This document shows positions 59,829 to 64,000 of a stretch of 64,000 bases of DNA, in pieces. A model generated the notes under the pieces. The model saw only the letters and a program-made list of their open reading frames with translations. It did not search any database and was not told the origin of the DNA. The position numbers and the translations under genes are program-made. Position 1 is the first letter of the stretch, and every line of letters begins with the position of its first letter. Origin of the DNA: an uncultured Planctomycetales bacterium (lineage in GTDB: Bacteria; Omnitrophota; Gorgyraeia; Gygaellales; Profunditerraquicolaceae); assembly GCA_964545575.1 (NCBI GenBank), contig CAZJFL010000006.1, positions 25,721 to 89,720 of the forward strand, in the 5' to 3' direction.

Positions 59829-60539
59829 ATGATTAAGGACAATATCTTAAGAATCAGGCAACGGATCGCTTCAGTCTGTGCCAGAATAAATCGCGATCCT
59901 GCTGCAATACTTATTGTAGCGGTAAGCAAGGCAAGGACAGTAGACGAAATAGAAGAGGCAACCAGCGCGGGCGTAACCGATATAGGAGAGAATAGAGTCC
60001 AGGAAGCCCTTGCTAAATATAACGATATGCGATATGCGATACCTGCCTGCCGGCAGGCAGGGTGCGATATGCCAATCAGGTGGCATATGGTCGGCCACCT
60101 GCAAACTAACAAAGTCAAAGATGCGGTTAGGATTTTTGACGTGATCCAGTCCGTCGACAGCATTCGCCTGGCGCAGGAGATCGACAAACAAGCAGCCAAA
60201 ATCAATAAAATCCAGGATATTCTTATCGAGGTAAAGACCTCCGGGGAAACTGCCAAATTCGGTTTAGATCCTGAAGCAGCCGTGGGTGCGATTAAAGAGA
60301 TAACCAAATTGAAAAATATAAACCTAAAAGGCCTGATGACTATCGCGCCGCTTGCGGACAATCCTGAAAAGGCCCGGCCTTATTTTCAGATGCTAAAGAA
60401 ATTACGCGATGGCGTTAACGCGATATGCGATAAGCGATACGCGATACGCGACTTATCCATGGGCATGACCGACGACTTTGAGGTGGCGATAGAAGAAGGC
60501 GCTACCATGGTCAGATTAGGTAGAGCTATATTTGAGTAG
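59829..60539 (+). CDS. yggS: PLP homeostasis protein YggS with two repeat-derived insertions
   Basis: AVSK, GENRVQE, GHLQTNK, LSMGMT..EEGATMVR.G. Confidence 0.95.
   Translation: MIKDNILRIRQRIASVCARINRDPAAILIVAVSKARTVDEIEEATSAGVTDIGENRVQEALAKYNDMRYAIPACRQAGCDMPIRWHMVGHLQTNKVKDAVRIFDVIQSVDSIRLAQEIDKQAAKINKIQDILIEVKTSGETAKFGLDPEAAVGAIKEITKLKNINLKGLMTIAPLADNPEKARPYFQMLKKLRDGVNAICDKRYAIRDLSMGMTDDFEVAIEEGATMVRLGRAIFE
60023..60072 (+). repeat. CGATATG heptamers with nested CCTGCCTGCCGGCAGGCAGG palindrome, in-frame in yggS
   Basis: Perfect 20-bp palindrome at 60042-60061 encoding PACRQAG. Confidence 0.92.
60420..60451 (+). repeat. GCGATAH heptamer repeat inside yggS
   Basis: GCGATAT GCGATAA GCGATAC GCGATAC GCGA. 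Confidence 0.85.
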
Positions 60540-60560
60540 TAAGATAAAAGTGTTGCAGCA

Positions 60561-60641
60561 GGGACTGTCCCCGAAGAATGCAAGTTAGGCACCCAAACCT
60601 ATCGGATGGTTTGGTGCCCCGCCTCCTGCGGGGACTGTCCC
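60561..60641. repeat. GGGACTGTCCC doublet with nested CACCCAAACC/GGTTTGGTG hairpin
   Basis: Same doublet as 6004-6056; inner hairpin is related to the FMN insert. Confidence 0.85.
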
Positions 60642-60652
60642 GACCAGAACAT

Positions 60653-61483
60653 ATGAAAAAAACAATCGGTATAATCGGTTTCGGTAATATGGGTAGCGCA
60701 ATCGCAGAAAAACTAAAATCCCATTACCGGATTTGCGTTTTCGATAAAGATAAAAATAAAACTGCAGGACTTTCAGGAATAGAAGTTGCAGAAGATGACG
60801 CGGCGTTAGTCAGTTTGGTTGATACGGTAATATTGGCGGTCAAACCGCAAGATTTCGATTTAGTCCTAGGGTTCTTAAAGAATACAGTTAAGGGAAAACT
60901 AATTATTTCCATTGCCGCAGGAATAACCACGGCATATATCGAAAAAATTCTTGGTGGCATAAGCGTGGTGCGAGTGATGCCTAATATTGCCGTTAAGATT
61001 AGCCAGGCAGAGACAAGTTTGTGTAAGGGTAAAAGTGCTACCGATACAGATTTAGAATTTACCCAAAGGCTATTTAATTGTCTAGGCAAAACATGGATTA
61101 TGAAAGAAGAGATGATTGACGCAGCTACGGCCATCGCCGGTAGCGGCCCCGCATATATTTATTTCGATATGGAGAAAAATAATTACCACGCTAACGATCT
61201 GCCGGAGTTCGTACAGAAAGATTATATTAAACGTTTAACAAAGGCCGCAGAACGGGTGGGTTTTGATTTTCAAACAGCAACTGAGCTGGCGTCGGCTACA
61301 ACCGCCTCTAGCATCAGTTTATCTAAAGTAACTAATCAGTCGCCTGCTGAATTAAGGAAGCAAGTAACTTCTAAGGGTGGGACTACAGAAGCGGCTTTGG
61401 AAGTTTTATCTAAAGGTGGTTCTTGGGAAGAAGCAACTCTGGCAGCTAAAAAACGCGCTCAAGAGCTATCAAAAAAGGAGTAA
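60653..61483 (+). CDS. proC: Pyrroline-5-carboxylate reductase (start reassigned)
   Basis: GFGNMG, AVKPQ, RVMPN, GSGPAY, SKGGTT. Confidence 0.93.
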   Translation: MKKTIGIIGFGNMGSAIAEKLKSHYRICVFDKDKNKTAGLSGIEVAEDDAALVSLVDTVILAVKPQDFDLVLGFLKNTVKGKLIISIAAGITTAYIEKILGGISVVRVMPNIAVKISQAETSLCKGKSATDTDLEFTQRLFNCLGKTWIMKEEMIDAATAIAGSGPAYIYFDMEKNNYHANDLPEFVQKDYIKRLTKAAERVGFDFQTATELASATTASSISLSKVTNQSPAELRKQVTSKGGTTEAALEVLSKGGSWEEATLAAKKRAQELSKKE

Positions 61484-61488
61484 TTACT

Positions 61489-62349
61489 ATGTCGCGTATC
61501 GGCATTATCGGTGGCAGCGGTTTATATAAGATTGAGGGAATTACCAAGGTAAAGGAAATAGCGATAAATACACCCTTTGGTAAGCCATCCGGGAAGTTTG
61601 TCTTAGGGGTTTTAGAAGGCAAAGACGTGGTCTTTGTGCCGCGCCATGACGTAGGACACCGTCTATCTCCCAGCCACATAAATTACCGCGCTAATATTTA
61701 TGCCATGAAAAAATTAGGCGTAGAGAGGATTATTTCTGTGGCTGCCTGCGGCAGTTTTAAGGAAGAATTAAAGCCGTTGGACTTCGTAGTGGTGGACCAA
61801 TTCGTAGATAGGACTAATTATGCCAGGGATATGTCGTTTTTTGAGGAAGGCATAGTAGCGCATATTGAATTTTCTCATCCCGTATGTCCGCAGATGAGCG
61901 AGCTAATGTACGCGGCAGGAAAAAATTTAGGTTTAAGGATCCACGATAGAGGTACCTATATAAACATGGAAGGCCCGGCATTTTCTACGCTTGCGGAATC
62001 AAATCTTTATAGGAGCTGGGGTATGGATGTCATCGGTATGACTAATTTCGCCGAGGCAAAGCTAGCCCGGGAGGCAGAGATTTGTTATTCGACGCTGGCA
62101 GCGGTAACGGATTATGACTGCTGGTATCCCGGACACGAATCCGTCTCAATAGAGATGGTAATCAATAACCTGCATAAGAACGTCGAAAACGCCAAGCACA
62201 TATTATCCATGGTTATAGAAGGTATTCCTGAACAAAGAACCTGCACTTGCAAGGATGCGCTTAAACATGCGATTCTTACGGATAGAAAAATGATTCCGAA
62301 GAAGATCCAGAGAGATTTAAAGATTATAATTGGAAAATATATTCAATAG
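61489..62349 (+). CDS. mtnP: S-methyl-5'-thioadenosine phosphorylase
   Basis: GIIGGSG, EGPAFST.AES, VTDYDCW. Confidence 0.93.
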   Translation: MSRIGIIGGSGLYKIEGITKVKEIAINTPFGKPSGKFVLGVLEGKDVVFVPRHDVGHRLSPSHINYRANIYAMKKLGVERIISVAACGSFKEELKPLDFVVVDQFVDRTNYARDMSFFEEGIVAHIEFSHPVCPQMSELMYAAGKNLGLRIHDRGTYINMEGPAFSTLAESNLYRSWGMDVIGMTNFAEAKLAREAEICYSTLAAVTDYDCWYPGHESVSIEMVINNLHKNVENAKHILSMVIEGIPEQRTCTCKDALKHAILTDRKMIPKKIQRDLKIIIGKYIQ

Positions 62350-62350
62350 C

Positions 62351-64000
62351 ATGGACTATAAATCTACCCTAAATCTACCCAAGACTGATTTCCCCATGAA
62401 AGCGGATCTGCCCAAGCGCGAACCACTTTTCTTAAAAGCCTGGCAGGATAAGGATATTTATAAACTTATCCGCCGTAAGTCAGAGGGGAAGACCAAATAC
62501 GTCCTTCATGACGGCCCGCCTTATGCCAACGGAGACATACATATCGGCCATGCCTTGAATAAAACGCTCAAAGATATTATAGTAAAATATAAGACCATGC
62601 AGGGGTTTGATTCTGCGTATGTCCCCGGATGGGATTGCCACGGTTTGCCTATTGAGTATCAGCTTCTTAAGGAGTTAGGCAAAAGCAAGGGGCAGGTTGA
62701 ACGTGAACGCGTGGAGTTTAGAAAGAAGGCATATGACTATGCTTTAAAATATGTAGAGACGCAGAAAGAGCAATTCAAGCGCCTAGGTGTATTTGGGGAT
62801 TGGGAGAATCCTTATCTGACTTTATCTAAGGATTATGAAGAGGCGATAGTAAGGTCCTTTGGTGAATTGGTCAAGAGAGGTTACGTCTATCGGGGATTGA
62901 AGCCGGTGAACTGGTGTTATGTGTGTGAGACTGCTCTTGCAGAAGCAGAGGTAGAATACGAAGACCATGCCTCGCCTTCAATTTATGTCAAATTTGAAAT
63001 CATCGGTCTGCAGAATAAAATATCAGATATTCCCAAAACGCAAAAAGTCTATGCTGTGGTCTGGACTACTACGCCCTGGACGTTAATCGCTAATGTGGCT
63101 ATTGCAGTTAACCCTGTTTTTCGATATGTATTAGTAGAAGCTAATAATGAAATTTGGTTGATGCAAGAGGATTTGATTAAACTGGTAATGGAAAAATTAG
63201 GTATCCATGAATATGTAATAAAACATTATATTGTCGGTAAGGAATTGGAATATTTAGCCTATAAAGACATTTTTGACCGCCGTTCGGGCCGTCATTTTGT
63301 TTTAGCGGATTATGTTTCCAAAGAAGAAGGGACAGGTTGCGTGCATACTGCGCCCGGGCATGGCCAGGAAGATTATCTTACGGGCGAGAAATATAAATTA
63401 GAGACAGTAATGCCCGTCGATAGAAAAGGCATATTTTTCCAGGATATAGCGATGGAGGAATTTAAGGGGCAGCATGTTTTTGATGCCAATAAAGGCATAA
63501 TAGAGAAGTTAAAGAAACAGGGGAGTCTTTTGCATGCGGAGCAGGTTACCCATACTTATCCGCACTGCTGGCGTTGCAAGACGCCGATTATCTTTCGTGC
63601 CACAGAACAGTGGTTTCTGTCGATTGATAAGGATGGTCTAAGAGATAAGCTTATAGATGCAATAGAGCATCATGTGGAATGGATTCCGGCTGCAGGTAGG
63701 GAAAGGATTTCTGCAATGGTAAAGCTTCGCCCCGACTGGTGTCTTTCCCGCCAGAGATATTGGGGAGTGCCAATTCCGGCCTTGGTTTGTGATAGTTGCG
63801 GGAAAGAATTGCCTCTGGATCCTGCGGTTATAGATAAATTTGCTGAGTATGTAGCAACAGAGGGATCGGATTGCTGGTTTATAAGAAACACCAAAGATTT
63901 CCTTCCTGAAGGGTATGTATGTCCGGAATGTAAAAAGAAAAGCACATTCTTAAAATCGAACGATATCCTCGATGTCTGGTTTGATTCCGGCGTAAGCAGC
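62351..64000 (+). CDS. ileS: Isoleucyl-tRNA synthetase (runs off the window; absent from the ORF track)
   Basis: [57 protein letters not shown]. Confidence 0.96.
   Translation, partial: MDYKSTLNLPKTDFPMKADLPKREPLFLKAWQDKDIYKLIRRKSEGKTKYVLHDGPPYANGDIHIGHALNKTLKDIIVKYKTMQGFDSAYVPGWDCHGLPIEYQLLKELGKSKGQVERERVEFRKKAYDYALKYVETQKEQFKRLGVFGDWENPYLTLSKDYEEAIVRSFGELVKRGYVYRGLKPVNWCYVCETALAEAEVEYEDHASPSIYVKFEIIGLQNKISDIPKTQKVYAVVWTTTPWTLIANVAIAVNPVFRYVLVEANNEIWLMQEDLIKLVMEKLGIHEYVIKHYIVGKELEYLAYKDIFDRRSGRHFVLADYVSKEEGTGCVHTAPGHGQEDYLTGEKYKLETVMPVDRKGIFFQDIAMEEFKGQHVFDANKGIIEKLKKQGSLLHAEQVTHTYPHCWRCKTPIIFRATEQWFLSIDKDGLRDKLIDAIEHHVEWIPAAGRERISAMVKLRPDWCLSRQRYWGVPIPALVCDSCGKELPLDPAVIDKFAEYVATEGSDCWFIRNTKDFLPEGYVCPECKKKSTFLKSNDILDVWFDSGVSS

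Noticed and set aside
62359-62380. TAAATCTACCC x2 at the ileS start
   Set aside because: It encodes the conserved KSTLNLP and is probably coincidental

Overview
A moderately AT-rich bacterial chromosome segment. Gene order and protein style suggest a diderm of the PVC/Omnitrophota type, which is an inference. Almost all genes lie on the + strand: bamA-skp-lpxD-lpxC/fabZ-lpxA-lpxI; a c-di-GMP-I riboswitch; a GH1 glycosidase, a cNMP/MinD-like/patatin fusion and an NSS transporter; tRNA-Phe followed by a decayed integrative island (about 13.6-18.3 kb); cspA, rpsO-pnp-ftsK-rodZ-rimO-pgsA-pgpA; an FMN riboswitch and rib operon; tRNA-Pro; ligA, xerD, a tRNA nucleotidyltransferase, rbfA, nrnA and ribF; a dcw cluster from mraZ to a divergent ftsA with no ftsZ; then yggS, proC, mtnP and a partial ileS. 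The most unusual signal is non-genic. Many gene junctions carry members of a set of modular, nested palindromes with covarying stems, tandem G-A mismatches and short TAARTGAG...CTCAYT termini. Shared modules also sit inside the FMN aptamer, beside tRNAs and in-frame inside proteins. A second layer of 7/8-nt tandem repeats appears in UTRs and in protein loops. No mobilising enzyme for these repeats is visible in this window. All product names come from motif recognition and gene context, not database searches.
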